Of a stretch of 64,000 bases of DNA, positions 25,131-38,688 are shown piece after piece. The position numbers and the translations under genes were made by a program. The number at the start of each line of letters is the position of its first letter. Position 1 is the first letter of the stretch. Where the stretch lies: positions 38,626,001 to 38,690,000 of the forward strand of contig OX597821.1 in assembly GCA_951406725.2 (NCBI GenBank), in the 5' to 3' direction. The notes under the pieces were generated by a model, which saw only the letters and a list, made by a program, of their open reading frames with translations, was not told where the DNA came from and did no database searches. This DNA comes from Octopus vulgaris. Lineage: Eukaryota.

Positions 25131-25236
25131 CATCTGTGAATTGGTGAAGCTGTAGGACATATTGTTATGGGAGATGTCTGCTTTTTCTCTCCGGTATATG
25201 GTGAGATGTCGAGTGAGATAGTTTACCAATTTCTAA
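25131..25236 (-). other. Candidate 106-nt spliced exon
   Basis: attattgttttcag|TTAGAAATTGG...ATGTCCTACAGCTTCACCAATTCACAGATG|gtaaat in non-repeat sequence. No frame is open end to end. Confidence 0.3.
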
Positions 25237-26303
25237 CTGAAAACAATAATATGTGTATGTATATCTCAGTACACATACAATATGTGGATGTATGGTAGAT
25301 CTCACTACATATTCAATCTATTTTATTCATGATTATACATATATTTTAAAAAATGTTTTTGTTTGCTTGTTGATTTTTCCATACGCATAACTTCAACTTT
25401 TCTTTCCAGTTCAATAGATTAACATTCACTTGACTAGAAAATTTATATTCAATGCTGTTAACCTTGATGGTTCTGTGTAGTAATCACAGCTTTTTAACTG
25501 ATGTAAACAACTGTGTTTTGGAATTTAAGATTTTTAGTGTCTATTTTCTTAAGTCTCCGTGTTGGGTTAATAATAAAAATATGTGCGAACGAGGCCATGC
25601 TATGTATGCAGCTTGCTTTACACCAGTCACACAGTCATGCTTCAATAGTGAAATGAATAACTGTTGTCCATAACAAAAAAGCTGAGTTATATGGAATATC
25701 ATGATTAATTTTCTTAATTTCTATATATTATTCGGTCACTATAAAATTCTCTGCTGATTATTTCAGCTGGAAGAAGCCACTTGCTTTTGCATTGAGGGCA
25801 ATTGGGGTTGGGGTGGAGGGGGAGTCAGGTTTACCTCAATTTAAGTAGCTATCCTGTAACATTCATTTGTATTTTGTTGTTTTACATTATTATAAAAAAT
25901 CTCTATGTTCTAAAATTATAGGAATGAGGAATAAGGTTATTATAGATCAATATTTCAGACTTCCATTATCAAAGAATGATTCATTGAGGTACTAAATGTA
26001 GCCAGGTACCATAAAACAAAAGAGGTACCCATAGGGATTAAAGTCCATGATATAATTTTCATTCTCATTTATAGAAACACTTCATTTTAAATTATCAAAA
26101 CCCAGGCACATGATTATAACCTTTACTCAACGATTAGCTGCCTTAAGAAATGGAATTTACATAAACTTGTTTCACATTTTAGGGAGAGAGAATCATTAGA
26201 AGAAATGAGGGAACAAAACTACTTTAACATTAAGGTCCAGATATTTTCAGTTTGCACAAGTCATCTCTGTGTGAAGACATTCAACTTGCCAGACAGAAAT
26301 TCA

Positions 26304-26698
26304 GGTGTAGGAGTGGCTGTGTGGTAAGTAGCTTGCTTACGAACCACATGGTTCCAGGTTCAGTCCCACTGCGTGGCACCTTGGGCAAGTATCTTCTACT
26401 ATAGCTTCAGGCCGACCAAAGCCTTGTGAGTGGATTTGGTTGACAGAAACTGAAAGAAGCCCATCGTATATATGTATATGTATATATGTGTGTGTTTGTG
26501 TTTCTGTATTTGTCTCCCTCACCATCATTTGAAAACTGGTGCTGGTGTGTTTACGTGCCCATAACTTAGCGGTTCAGCAAAAGAGACCGATAGAATAAGT
26601 ACTAGGCCTACAAAGAATAAGTCCTGGGGTTGATTTGCTTGACTAAAGGCGGTGCTCCAGCATGGCCACAGTCAAATGACTGAAACAAGTAAAAGAGT
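26304..26698 (+). mobile_element. tRNA-derived SINE (family B), full length
   Basis: GGAGTGGCTGTGTGGTAAGTAGCTTGC...GGTTCAGTCCCACTGCGTGGCACCTTGGGCAAG...CAAATGACTGAAACAAGTAAAAGAG. Confidence 0.92.
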
Positions 26699-27109
26699 TT
26701 CCTTTATTTTCCCAGCAAATTCCAACACTTTTTACAATTTCTATTTAGTATCCCAGGCACTTGCTGTAAATATCATCTCTTCACTAAAGTTTTTCTATGA
26801 TAAACCTATCTTGGTCAGTTCTTAACTTGTTTCATCAATTTATGAACTTGTGTAGTAATGATACATTTTTTAAATAAATCTGATGAAATTAGTAACTTCT
26901 TTTCAACATGTGGCTATTCCAATAGTCACTGATTGACCTTCCAGCCAGGCTTGAGCTGTTGGTTAAACTTCTACTCTTTTACCTTGTAAAGGCATACATA
27001 CATATTTATATAGATACATACATAAAACATACATACATAAAGCATACAAATCTGCACATACATACATACATACATACACATACATAAAACATATAAATCA
27101 GCACATACA

Positions 27110-27143
<34 letters not shown>

Positions 27144-27161
27144 CATACATACATACATACA

Positions 27162-27195
<34 letters not shown>

Positions 27196-27495
27196 CAACT
27201 CAAAATGACATGTCGTGTATTTGGTGTGGGAGACTATAAAAAATATGATAAATACTATCTCCAACTTTGGAGCTATATCTATCAGTCTTGTTAAATAATT
27301 GGTTAATCTTCAGAGAAATTAACTGAGGGAGCCTTTTCTTCATGATCCTGGTGATTTTCGACTGAAACTTGAATTCAGCATGCAGAAAGTTACTACAAAC
27401 AACGTGGCTGGACACAACATCAACAACAACACAATCGAGGAAAAGAATGAAAACAGCAGTTCAACAGGTAAAACAAAACATACATACTTACTTAC

Positions 27496-27526
<31 letters not shown>

Positions 27527-28059
27527 CATACATACATACATACATACTCACTCTGTTGATGTTGTTGAAATTCCAATGAAGGAGCCTTGGATCTAGGTTA
27601 GAAACCAACTCTTTCTCTATTGGCAAGAAATCTTGAAATAAAAATGAATACATGACGATGGAAGTCCACTCAGAACCAAGTGAGATCACATCCTGGACTC
27701 ATTTCACTCTCAGAAGCATCTCAAGTCTAATCTTCCCATTGGCTGATGACATTATCCCATGGCTCCTAAAAACTGCAAAGGACTTACATATCATTCCACA
27801 CTGACCACAAGCCATCTCCCATACCAGCAGCCTGACCATCTGGATATGGGGACTTACAATGCCAAGTGAGTGCACTGGCCATCCCATACACTCTTCTACA
27901 AAAGGTGCAGAAGGGATCATGTTAGATATCCCATTGTTAGGCAGGGGGTGCCTCGAAGACCACATTGGTATCTGAATAAGCCTGCCTTTGAGAAACAGAT
28001 GTGACCACACTAATAACACAAAAGGGGTTCCTTTATTCCCTTCTCAGGAGAGGGTTCAC

Positions 28060-29300
28060 ATCTTTCATATATTTACTAGCATGTTTCACTTTAGCATATG
28101 CAACCCTGTAGTCCCTGCTTAAAATCAGGTTCCTCCATAGCCCCTAATCTAATGCAAGATTTTCCCAAGTGTTAGTATCAATATTGATCTTTTTAAGTGT
28201 GTCTTTAAGGTTGTCTTTGGAATGCTTGCATAACTTGTGCTAGGGATGTTCTCTTGCTCTAACACACTGTTCAACACCAGTTTCGACATGTAGGTGTCTT
28301 CTAAACGGAGAAGACCATCTAAGTTGACGTTTCATAATCATGGACTCAATCCACATCAATTTCACCTGTTGCAGTACTCTTGTATTAGGCACAGGAGATT
28401 GCCACGAGATCTTCAAGATATATGGAAGCATCACAGATGGAATCCCTTGAGAAGTTGGATAAGCCTACAGTAGATTGCTGTGGTCTCACATCTATACAAC
28501 AGTAGTTAAGATGCATGCTTCATGGATCTCAACTTTTGTTCGTACTTTGATGTCTGATTGTGACCAGAGCTTCTATTCAGGATTTCTAAAAGTAAAGAGG
28601 ACCTTAGGATATCTATAACTGACCTCCTCATCAAGTCTATTAAATCTAGATACTGTACTATCAAGACAGACAAATGTGTCCATGACTTCTAACATTTTTA
28701 CCTTTGATGTATATCTATGGTGAGATATATGGCTTGCTTGGTGCTGGTTGTATCATGACTACAGTCCAAACTCATCATGCACAGCTGAAAAGCTGTCCAT
28801 CAAGAACTGTAGGTCTTCTTCAGTGTGGCTTACTAGATCGTAGTCATCAGTGTAATGAAGATCATAAATGAGGGCCATGAAAGGTTTTGTTACTGCAATA
28901 AAATGATGGATGTTGAAAAGCCTTCCTATCAACAGATATAGGTAACAGCATTAATATGCATAAAGGCTTGCAACATAACCCTAACAATGAAGATAGCAAA
29001 CTGAGTTAGGAGACCACCCTGTTTTAACACCAGATTTAAATGAAATGGCTTCTAGTAGTTCACCGTTGGCAAATCCACGCTCTCAGGTTGTCATGAAGTG
29101 ATTGAATGAGCCTTGCGAAATTTTCCAGTCCACTCCAGATTGAGAAGGATACGTCAAAGAGTTGACCTATGCACAGCATTAACGGCCTTGGTAAGGCTGA
29201 TGAAACACTGGAACAGATCAAGTTGTTGTTATCTGCACTTCTCTTGAATGTATCAGGTTGTAAAGATCATATCAGTTTTACCTCAATTTGGTTGCATGCA
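28060..29300 (-). mobile_element. Decayed RTE-clade LINE fragment (second RTE family)
   Basis: Minus strand: GVKTGW/KQG region, YTDDYDL (YADD), CETT, ILKISWQSPVPNTRVL..IESMIMKRQLRW, ..KHSKDNLKDTLK. Confidence 0.7.
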
Positions 29301-29394
29301 TCCAAACATGCATGCATGCATACATACATACATACATACATACATACATACATACATACATACATACATGCCTATATACTCACTCACAGAACAT

Positions 29395-29740
29395 TGCAAT
29401 GAAACCAGAAACCTACTGTAAGAAAACAAGGCCAGATATTGGAGAGTGAGGCAAGGAAAAAATGTTTCACTGTAATTAAGACCAATTGCAGAACGGGTAT
29501 GGATATTTCAATAAAGTTGAAGAAAAGGGGAACAGCTATAGAGAACTAATGAGAAACTCATAGCTCATATCTAGAACATAGATTTTCATTTGATTTTATT
29601 GTCATGGGACCTGAGAGTTCTTCAAGAAAGAACAAAAAGAAAATGGACTCGCATCCTTCAAATATAATTGATGAATGGTGAAGTGAAGATTTGTAAACCA
29701 TTCAAGGGCTTCTCCATTTGAGGTTCCTGGGTTGAACAGA
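29395..29740 (+). mobile_element. Decayed RLE-clade non-LTR 3' fragment beside (TACA)n/(CA)n
   Basis: CKKTRPDI..DISIKL..NSYRELMRN..HRFSFDFIVMG..GEVKICKPF resembles RLE endonuclease C-termini. Confidence 0.5.
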
Positions 29741-29845
29741 TACACAGAATCACATAATCATATGGAATACACATACATATACACACACATGCAAACACTC
29801 ATAAACAGTAACGAAGTGCACACGCTTGTGTACTAAAGGGACGTG

Positions 29846-30118
29846 TATGAGGTGGTATCAAAAAGTTCTTGGACTAGTTCTGTTGTGCACCAACAGATGG
29901 CAGCAAATGGTTGTGTGTGCAGTGAGAGCTAGCAGTGACCTTCATGTGGTAGTGTGCCAAGTGACATCATAGCGTTTACTTTGCAAGTTGTCAAATTTGT
30001 GTTTTTATGATCATGTGTATGCTGTAGTGTGCGATTATTGTCATGGACAGGAAGTTGGAACATAGAACCGATGTGAAATTTTGCATTAAGCTAGGGAAGT
30101 CTGCTACAGAGACATTGA
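29846..30118 (+). mobile_element. Mariner 5' end (TIR plus transposase start)
   Basis: TA|TGAGGTGGTATCAAAAAGTTC terminus; ATG at 30043 gives MDRKLEHRTDVKFCIKLGKSATETL, typical of mariner transposase N-termini. Truncated. Confidence 0.8.
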
Positions 30119-30144
30119 AGACAGATGCATGTAAACCTGGAGAG

Positions 30145-30333
30145 TATGTTCAATACAGAGACTTCACCACCAAGGTTTGGACTTCCATACTTTGATACAT
30201 CAGGCACTTTGTGTGGAGTATGAATGAAGACCTTTCCTCCACTTGTGGCACAAGTTAATGCTGGGTAGTTTCCAAAGTAATTACCAATAGTTACCAGACG
30301 AGGCTGGATCTTCAGGTTCAACTTCAGAGAGAA
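30145..30333 (-). pseudogene. BBS2: Intronless fragment encoding the N-terminus of Bardet-Biedl syndrome 2 protein (63 codons)
   Basis: FSLKLNLKIQPRLVTIGNYFGNYPALTCATSGGKVFIHTPH...EVSVLNI versus human BBS2 (from memory) [41 protein letters not shown]...DVSLL.I. No in-frame ATG, and similarity stops abruptly at both ends. Confidence 0.8.
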
Positions 30334-30997
30334 CCTTAAGTTTCATGAAAGAGACATTTTTTGGCATTGAGAGTGCATAACAACTCAAGAGTTAGTTGGT
30401 GCTATGACTTTTTACAAATTAAACAAACAGGAAGAATGAACCTTATAAAGTAAATTGATAGAAGTTACCTGATGGTACATCAACCTGTTTCAGTGATTGT
30501 TCACCTCATTAGCAATTGATGAACTAAAGATGTTTAGTTGTTTAATCACGCACAAATACAGCAGTTATTGATGTCATGGCTGATTGCGATGTCAAATGAC
30601 CACCAAAAAACAAATGGACAAAATGGTCATTTTAGATATCACTAAGAAATATTAACTACCTTATTTATATATGTGTGTGCATGTATGTATGTATGTATGT
30701 GTGTATGTATGTATATCATATATTATACCTACAACAATCCCAACAGAGCATCAGACATCAACCTGTGGCAGAGCCTTCCAAGCATGCATTAGACCAACTG
30801 ACCACAGCTGGACACTCTGTGCACCATCTTCTCCTCTTATGTCATATCCTTGGTCATCATCAACGACAAATGAACTTATTAATTCTCTCTCATTTTGCAT
30901 GTATTATATATATATATATAAATATATGTATGTATGTATATATGTGGATATGTATGTATATACATTTGTAAATAAATATATGTGTGTATATATATAT

Positions 30998-31400
30998 AGA
31001 TGCGAGACCTGGACACTAAAGAAAGCTGACCAGAAGAGAATTAATGCATTCGAGCTTTGGTGTTGGAGAAGACTTTTTCAGATTCCATTGACAGCGAGGC
31101 TCACCAATGGAGAAGTTCTTAAGCAGATCAGGCCGAAAATGTCGCTAGAAGCTAGGATCACCAAGCATAGATTGGCATATTTCGGTCATGTTATGCAGAA
31201 AAAATCCCTGGAGAAGGACATCATGCTCGAAATGGTCAGTGGCAAGAGAGGAAGAGGCCGACCAAGAACCCGGTGGCTTGACACCATCAAGAGGGATACC
31301 GGAATGGACATAGCCAATCTGAAAGAAGCAGCCCAGGATAGAACTGACTGGAGGACATTGATCCAACGAGTGACTGAGAGTTGACTTCGACTGAGCGGAT
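30998..31400 (+). mobile_element. RTE-BovB-like LINE 3' fragment inserted in (TA)n
   Basis: Uninterrupted CETWTLKKADQKRINAFELWCWRRL..LAYFGHVM..SLEKDIML..GKRGRGRPRTRWLD..DRTDWR; 3' end GAGAGTTGACTTCGACTGAGCGG resembles BovB GAGTCGGACACGACTGAGCGAC. Confidence 0.9.
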
Positions 31401-31751
31401 ATATATATATATATATATATAAACATCTAAAAACAGATGAGTGGTACAACAAGGCACCAATATTTACTGGAAAATAGCAATCGATACAAATACGACGCTA
31501 TTGTAAAGCTTCACTGCGTATTTACTAGCAAAGATGTGTGTGTGTGTGTGCAACAAACAGGAAAAATTTGTCTTACCTCTAGGAAGAACATTTGATAAAT
31601 GAACAACCCAGGATTGGATAATGCAGGACTGGTTTCTGACTCTTCAAATATGTTTGACAACATAAATTTGATCAGTTTCATCAATATATATATATACATA
31701 TATCAATATACATATATACATATATATATGTATATGTATACATACATATGC

Positions 31752-31788
<37 letters not shown>

Positions 31789-31821
31789 TATGTATGCATG
31801 TACATGTACATGTGAAAGTAC

Positions 31822-32153
31822 ATAGCTCAGTGGAGGGTGTATCAGGCTTACAATCATGAAGTCATGAGTTCAATTTCCATACTAGGCTGTGTGTTGTGTT
31901 CTTGGACAAGACACTTTATTTCACATTGCTCCAGTTCACTCAGCTGTAGAATTGAGTTGTGACATCACCGATGCCAAGCTGTATCAGTATTTGCCTTTCC
32001 CTTGGATAACATCGGTGATGTGGAGAGGGGAGGCTGGTATGCATGGGCGACTGCTTGTCTTCCATAAACAGCTTTGCCCAGACTTGTGTCTTGGAGGGGA
32101 ATTTTCTAGGTGCAATCCCATGGTCATTCATGACTGAAGGAGTTGTTTATCCT
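31822..32153 (+). mobile_element. tRNA-derived SINE with a V-domain-like core
   Basis: TAGCTCAGTGG (A box) ... GAGTTCAATTTCC (B box) ... TGTGTTCTTGGACAAGACACTTTATTTCAC. Confidence 0.65.
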
Positions 32154-32258
32154 TGTATATATATATTGTGTGTGTGTGTGTGTGGATATGTATTTATTAT
32201 ATATGTGGGTGTATGCATATATGTGTGTGTATGTATATGTGTATATATTATATATATA

Positions 32259-32653
32259 CAGGAGTAGCTGTGTGGTAAGTAGCTTGCTAACCAACCACAT
32301 GGTTCCGGGTTCAGTCCTACTGCGTGGCATCTAGGGCAAGTGTCTTCTGCTATAGCCCCAGGCCGACCAATGCCTTGTGAGTGGATTTGGTAGACGGAAA
32401 CTGAAAGAAGCCTGTCGTATATATGTATATATGTGTATATATGTGTATGTGTGCGTGTTTGTCACCCTAGCATTGTTTGACAACCGATGCTGGTGTGTTT
32501 ACGTCCCCATCACTTAGCGGTTCAGCAAAAGAGACCTATAGAATAAGTACTGGGCTTACAAAGAATAAGTCCCGGGGTCGATTTGCTCAACTAAAGGCGG
32601 TGCTCCAGCATGGCCGTAGTCAAATGACTGAAACAAGTAAAAGAGTAAAAGAG
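32259..32653 (+). mobile_element. tRNA-derived SINE (family B)
   Basis: Same head, internal microsatellite and (TAAAAGAG)2 tail as the other copies. Confidence 0.92.
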
Positions 32654-33424
32654 TATGTATTCTCAGATGTAAGATTTAGGTACCATTTTTTACCAAAAGA
32701 CTTTCAGGAGGTATGGAAGCAGCATTGGTCCCATGCAAATAAACCTAATATAATAATTATTATTAACTTTAAAAGACTATTTGTGTGAATGATTTGTAGG
32801 AAATACAGATGTTAAAATATTGTACAGTCAATTACCTTTTACGTAGACTACAAGGGAAATAAAAAAATAAATGAAGAAGAAATATAAAAATATATTTGAG
32901 GAGGAAAAGTAATTTTATTATGTATCTCATTGTTATGTGAATGACATGCTTACTGATTCACTGAACATATTTGATTTATTCATAGTAAATCGAGTTATGA
33001 GTGTACGTACCTTCATTCGGCAAACTTTATTCTTTACCTGACATGTTCTGATGTAGCTGCTCTACGATTAAATTTATTATTGGAAAAAATGAAGCATACT
33101 GTAAAAATCTTTGAAAAAAAAATTATGTCTGTAACTCTTCACAGTATATTATGTATTTCAATTTTAATACAACATCCTATTTCATAGGGAAAAATATTGC
33201 TGCAGCTATTGGTTTTGTGAACAGCAGGGTCTGGCAATCAGAATTCACAGAGAACTGGAACAACCTAAGTAAAATAAAAGATATTATTTCTAATTTCAGC
33301 TGCTCTCTTCATTTATAATATTATTTCTTTCTTGTAGAATATATTGATACAGCTAAAAATACTGGCATTTTCACGAATTCTCTTAGATATAAATCTACCT
33401 AAAGCTCTCAATGTCTTCTAGTTT

Positions 33425-33438
33425 GTTGCTATGGAAAC
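33425..33438. promoter_or_regulatory. RFX X-box motif GTTGCTATGGAAAC
   Basis: 14-bp imperfect palindrome matching the X-box consensus (GTTGCCATGGCAAC type), in non-repeat sequence. A half site TATAGCAAC lies at ~33489. Confidence 0.45.
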
Positions 33439-34964
33439 AAAGGTCACATAAATATATGGAATGAAAATTATTGAACATAGTTGAACATTATAGCAACAAG
33501 TATGACCGTGCAGTTAAGAAGTTTCCTATGCAGTTATGCAGCTCCACATGATCAAAAAGCCTTGGTGGATGGAAACTGTGTAGAAACCCTGTGTGTGTGT
33601 GTGTGTGTGTTTGGTGTCCACATTTACCGGCTTGTGTAAACAACCCTTGCTGAATCCTATTATGATTAAAAAATAGTACCTTTTCATTAGAATGATAAAA
33701 TAAATACCACACTGAAATATATTCTTGGCCCTAAATCCTTGTATCCCGAAAACAGTGACTATTTTATTGCCTTGTATTTCAACTTACAATCTAATATCTA
33801 TCTTTAAAAGTAATGGAGAAGATTATTTGGAATCCCTCAATCAGTTCAATGAAGCAGCCAAATTCCTCCTCTCATCTCACCAAAGCCTTAATGTTCTTTA
33901 AAATAGAAGCCATGTATTTTAAGCTGTAGACCTGGAACAACATGCTACTTAGAATCTAGCTATCTAATCTGTTCACTTCTTTTTCCACCGACCGTTCTTT
34001 AGCTAAGCTGACTTTGTAAGGTTCCGGCAAATGACAACTCACCATTTACTACCTGTTTTGCCTCTGTTTCCACACTAGAGAACAAAAATTCTTCCAAATT
34101 CTTCTCCACGTCTCTGTGCTTCTTTCTTACTCTAGCTTCTTTCTTAGAAACCTCATCTCTAACCCTCCCAAAGGAAATAAATCCACAAGTAAACAACCAC
34201 CTTCTTCATTACCATGAATCTATTTTCTTCCTCAGTGATCAAAAGAAATTTTTTCACAGTACTAGACCTACCTGGCAGTTCTTAATTTTCTGTATCATTT
34301 CTGGTTGAATTTTAAGTAAAATACCTGTTGTTATAATAATAGTGTTGTAGCAGCTAAGTCTTCAACCACATATCGCATGAGCAGTTTACTTGTTATGTTT
34401 TCTCCTGTTGGATTCCATCTGTTGATATCACTGAAAGTTTCCTCTCAAAGTATTGCCAAACAGTGTGTGCTGTTTGACTTACAAATATATTGACTCAATG
34501 TTTGACTGTAATGTCTCTCAAATGGTTCTGTCTGGAAACTGAGACCCTCCTTTCTGCTACTTTAATGCAAATGATAATATGCCCACTACACCACCAAACC
34601 TCTTTATATTGGAATCATTTGTTGGAATCATTATTTAAGGCTTACACACACCATCATGTGACAAACATGAACTATGTCTATGGAGGAAGACATTCTAACA
34701 TACACCATACAATTGTGACATCTTTTCAGCTGTCTTCCATTGTGTGATTGATGTGGTTAGTGTTCAGTTTTTATATACATACATGCACACATACATACAC
34801 ACACATACATACATACATACATACATGCATACATACATACGTACGTACATACATACATACATACATACATAAATTCATGCACACATACATACATACATAC
34901 ATACATACATACATACATACATACATACATGCACACATACATGCACACATACATACATTCACAC

Positions 34965-35018
<54 letters not shown>

Positions 35019-35454
35019 TTATATAAATATATGTACACACTCATATATATATATATACATATGTATATTTGTCTACACACACACACACACACCGAGTTTC
35101 AATTTGCAGGAGACAAGAGACGAAGACAAGTGAAAGCACAGCAAGCAGGTGTATTAGTTTAATACTTGGGAAGAATGTAAAAGTCTTTTTACATTTTGAG
35201 CCTACGCACTTTCACAGAAAAGATTAAGAGGAAAAGAAAGAAAAAAAAAAGAAAACGGAGAGAGAATGAAAAGAAATGCAGTTCAAGATGACATGTAGCA
35301 CGTGATGCACCTGTACAGATAAAGTCAATTTGATGGAAGAAGTGGGCTTATGTGAACACAAACATTTGATCATTATAAACAAATCATCTGTGTGGTTGTT
35401 AGGCAAAAAATTGCTGAAGCCTCATAGTTCATCTATATATATATATATATATAC

Positions 35455-35780
35455 ATATCATCATCATCGTTTAATGTCCGCTTTCCATGCTAGCATGGGT
35501 TGGACGATTTTGACTGAGGGCTGGCGAACCAGATGGTTGCACCAGGGTCCAATCTTTATTTGGCAGAGTTTCTACAGCTGTATGCCCTTCCTAATGCCTA
35601 CCACTCTGAGAGTGTAGTGGGTGCTTTTTACGTGCCACCAGAACTGGTGTCAGTAAGGAGACTTTGGTAACGATCACGCTCGAATGGTGCCCTTTTACGT
35701 GCCACTGGCATGGAAGCCAGTTGGCTGCTCTGGCAGGGGCCAGTCAGGCGGTACTGGCAACGGCCTCATTCGAATCCTTT
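35455..35780 (-). mobile_element. Family A RTE-tail element
   Basis: (CAT)n start, conserved core and two or three internal modules. Confidence 0.88.
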
Positions 35781-35826
<46 letters not shown>

Positions 35827-36027
35827 TATATATATAAAATAATATGTTACATTACTCAATAGTCAAGATAAAACTCTGAGTTTCAGATGCCGAAGTGGAA
35901 ATCCACAACACCATCTCTTCGGTTATCTGGCCATCTGAAAAACGATATATATATATACATACATACACACATACATGCAGAGATACATACATACATACAT
36001 ACATATATATAAATGTATATATGTATG

Positions 36028-36073
<46 letters not shown>

Positions 36074-38187
36074 GGCAGAGAGGAAATTCATAAGGTCTAT
36101 TGTTCTAGGAAGATGGAGTAGGTGAATATTCGTTTCTACTCTTGGCACAAAGCCCAAAATTTGGGTGGAGGGGGCCAGTTGATTAGATTGATCCCCAGTG
36201 TGCAACTGGTACTTAATTTATGAACCCCGAAAGGATGAAAGGCCTCATTGGAATTTAGAAGTAGGTGAATATTGTTCAATGTATACCTTAGCAGTGATTG
36301 ACCATAAATGTAAGAGAAGGAAGAGGAAGAGTGTGACAAGTTAAGGTGAATGGAGGGTTTGCTCATCAGGACTGACCTAGGGTTAAACAGCAATTTGATA
36401 AATAAAATAAGATGTATGTTGATCTATGCTTGCAGAACAAGAATACAAAGAAATAATATAAATATGTTGTTTTTTTTAAATTGCATACTGAAATATATAT
36501 GCTGGTGTTTGGGAAAAATGTAGATGAATTTGTGTTTGGCAGAAGAATCGTGTCTGCTCGCTTATTCACACGACAAAACCATCGCATGAACAAAAGCATT
36601 TACAAACATTCATACGAAGATTCATATATTTCCACAAATATTCATACAAAGCTTGAAATATTGGTAGAAATATTCTGAAACCAAAGAGAAACAAACTAAA
36701 TTTGTTGTTAAATAATTCATGGAGTGCTGCTATGAGGAGAGCTGTGGTTCTTTGGCATCATCATCATCACCATCATCATTCCTACACCACCACCACCACT
36801 ACAATCCTCATTATCTTCATGACTACCACTGCTGCTACTACCACCACCACCACTGCCGCCACCACCACCACCACCACCATCATCATCATGTGTCTTCTTT
36901 ACCAATCTGATATTGTTTGGAGTGTTGTGACAACTGAAATAAGTTCTTATTCCTGTTGCTACCTTCCTTGATGACTGGAAGATCATGTTGTGCTTGTAGA
37001 TTCCATTTTCAGACATGGTTGCCATGGTTGGATGCTCTTCCTAACACTAACCACTTTACAGAGTTTACTGAATGTCTTTTATCCATGAACCTGAATGAGA
37101 GATTGTCTTGCTCAGGCAGGACTAGATGTTTTCCATCCCTTCTCTGGCATTACACAACTTGTCTCAAGAAGGCTAAAGAGACCCCCTACCTCTCTTCCAC
37201 ACCCCTGAGTATGTGATGAGAAATATTGTCTATCCTGGCATTAGTAAAATACAGAATTGTATTGCTATCTTATGCCAAATAGGTTATGTGCTGAGAGAAA
37301 ACAGTGGTTGGATAAGGGAGCCATTGAATGGCTGGATGCCCTTCCAGCTGCCAACCACTTTACACACTGTATACTCTGAGTATTGTGGCATACGCATACA
37401 TGTGTGTATTTGGTGGGTATTGAAGAGCATCCTCTTCCTCAAAATTTATTTCATGTTGTATGTTTAAAGTTGTTGTTTCACCCCAGCCATAACTGTCCCA
37501 TGGCCCCATACTCAAAGGCATTCCAGCCACTTCAGCCTCATATCTTATAAATGCTTATCAATATAGGATTTCATTATAGGGACAACTCTTCTATGAAACG
37601 ATCGTAAGATGCTTTAAATAATTAATTCAAAACTTTTAAACTATCAAATATATTTATACATTATATTTATACTTATACATATTTACATACATCTTTATAT
37701 ATATTTATATTTATTTATTTATATATTCTTAATACAATAACTATTTTCACATGGGTATATCTTTATGAGGAGTTTAGATATTAATTTCCTTATATTAATA
37801 ATAATAATAACAATATATTATTTAAAATATATATGTATATCTTATTTAAGATAGAGTGTTAACAAAACAACATTGTTTTGAATGGGTACCACAGCTTGGC
37901 TGCAGTCCAGTGAGTGAAGTAAGTAAAAAGGATAAAGAATGGCAGTATATACATATGTGTATACTATGTCTAGTGTCCTAGCTTTGCTCATATGCTTTTC
38001 AGACTGCTATAAGAGTTTTAACTCTTATTTCCAGCAATAACTGTATTTTTAGCATTCACAGTCACAGTAATGAGTAAATTTTGTCATGTATGGCTTTGTA
38101 TTGGGTCCAGCAGCTTACATTGATACACACACAAACATAGAGTGTGCTTCTTTGTCCAATTTATGATTTACTGATGGTATGTGTGTA

Positions 38188-38270
<83 letters not shown>

Positions 38271-38498
38271 TCCTTGGTACAATTGGGTGTATTTGAAAAA
38301 AGAATAAGAATATCTTCACTGGTAGTCCTAATCAGTCTAATTTATTATTCTTTAATTTTTTTAATAATGTAAATTTTAGTTCTTAGATCTTTGAACTAAA
38401 ATTTATATTATTAAAAAATTAAAAAATAATAAACTAGATTGATTAGAACTTCCAGTGAAGTCATTCTTTTTCTTCTTTCAAATATATATACATACATA

Positions 38499-38688
38499 TC
38501 ATCATCATCATCATCATCATCATCATTTAGCGTCCGCTTTCCATGCTAGCATGAGTTGGACGGTTCAACTGGGGTCTGTGAAGCCGGAAGGCCGCATCAG
38601 GCCCAGTCTGATCTGGCAGTGTTTCTACGGCTGGATGCCCTTCCTAATGCCAACCACTCCGTGTGTGTAGTGGGTGCTTTTTACATGT
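38499..38688 (-). mobile_element. Family A RTE-tail element (short)
   Basis: (CAT)n-TTAGCGTCCGCTTTCCATGCTAGC... with a 31-bp junction duplication at 38671-38733. Confidence 0.88.

Noticed and set aside
26304-26375. tRNA gene
   Set aside because: A and B boxes are present but there is no cloverleaf; it is the head of a multicopy SINE.
27570-27615. CCAATGA...GAAACC hammerhead-like motif in (TACA)n
   Set aside because: The core and stem III are too degenerate to call.
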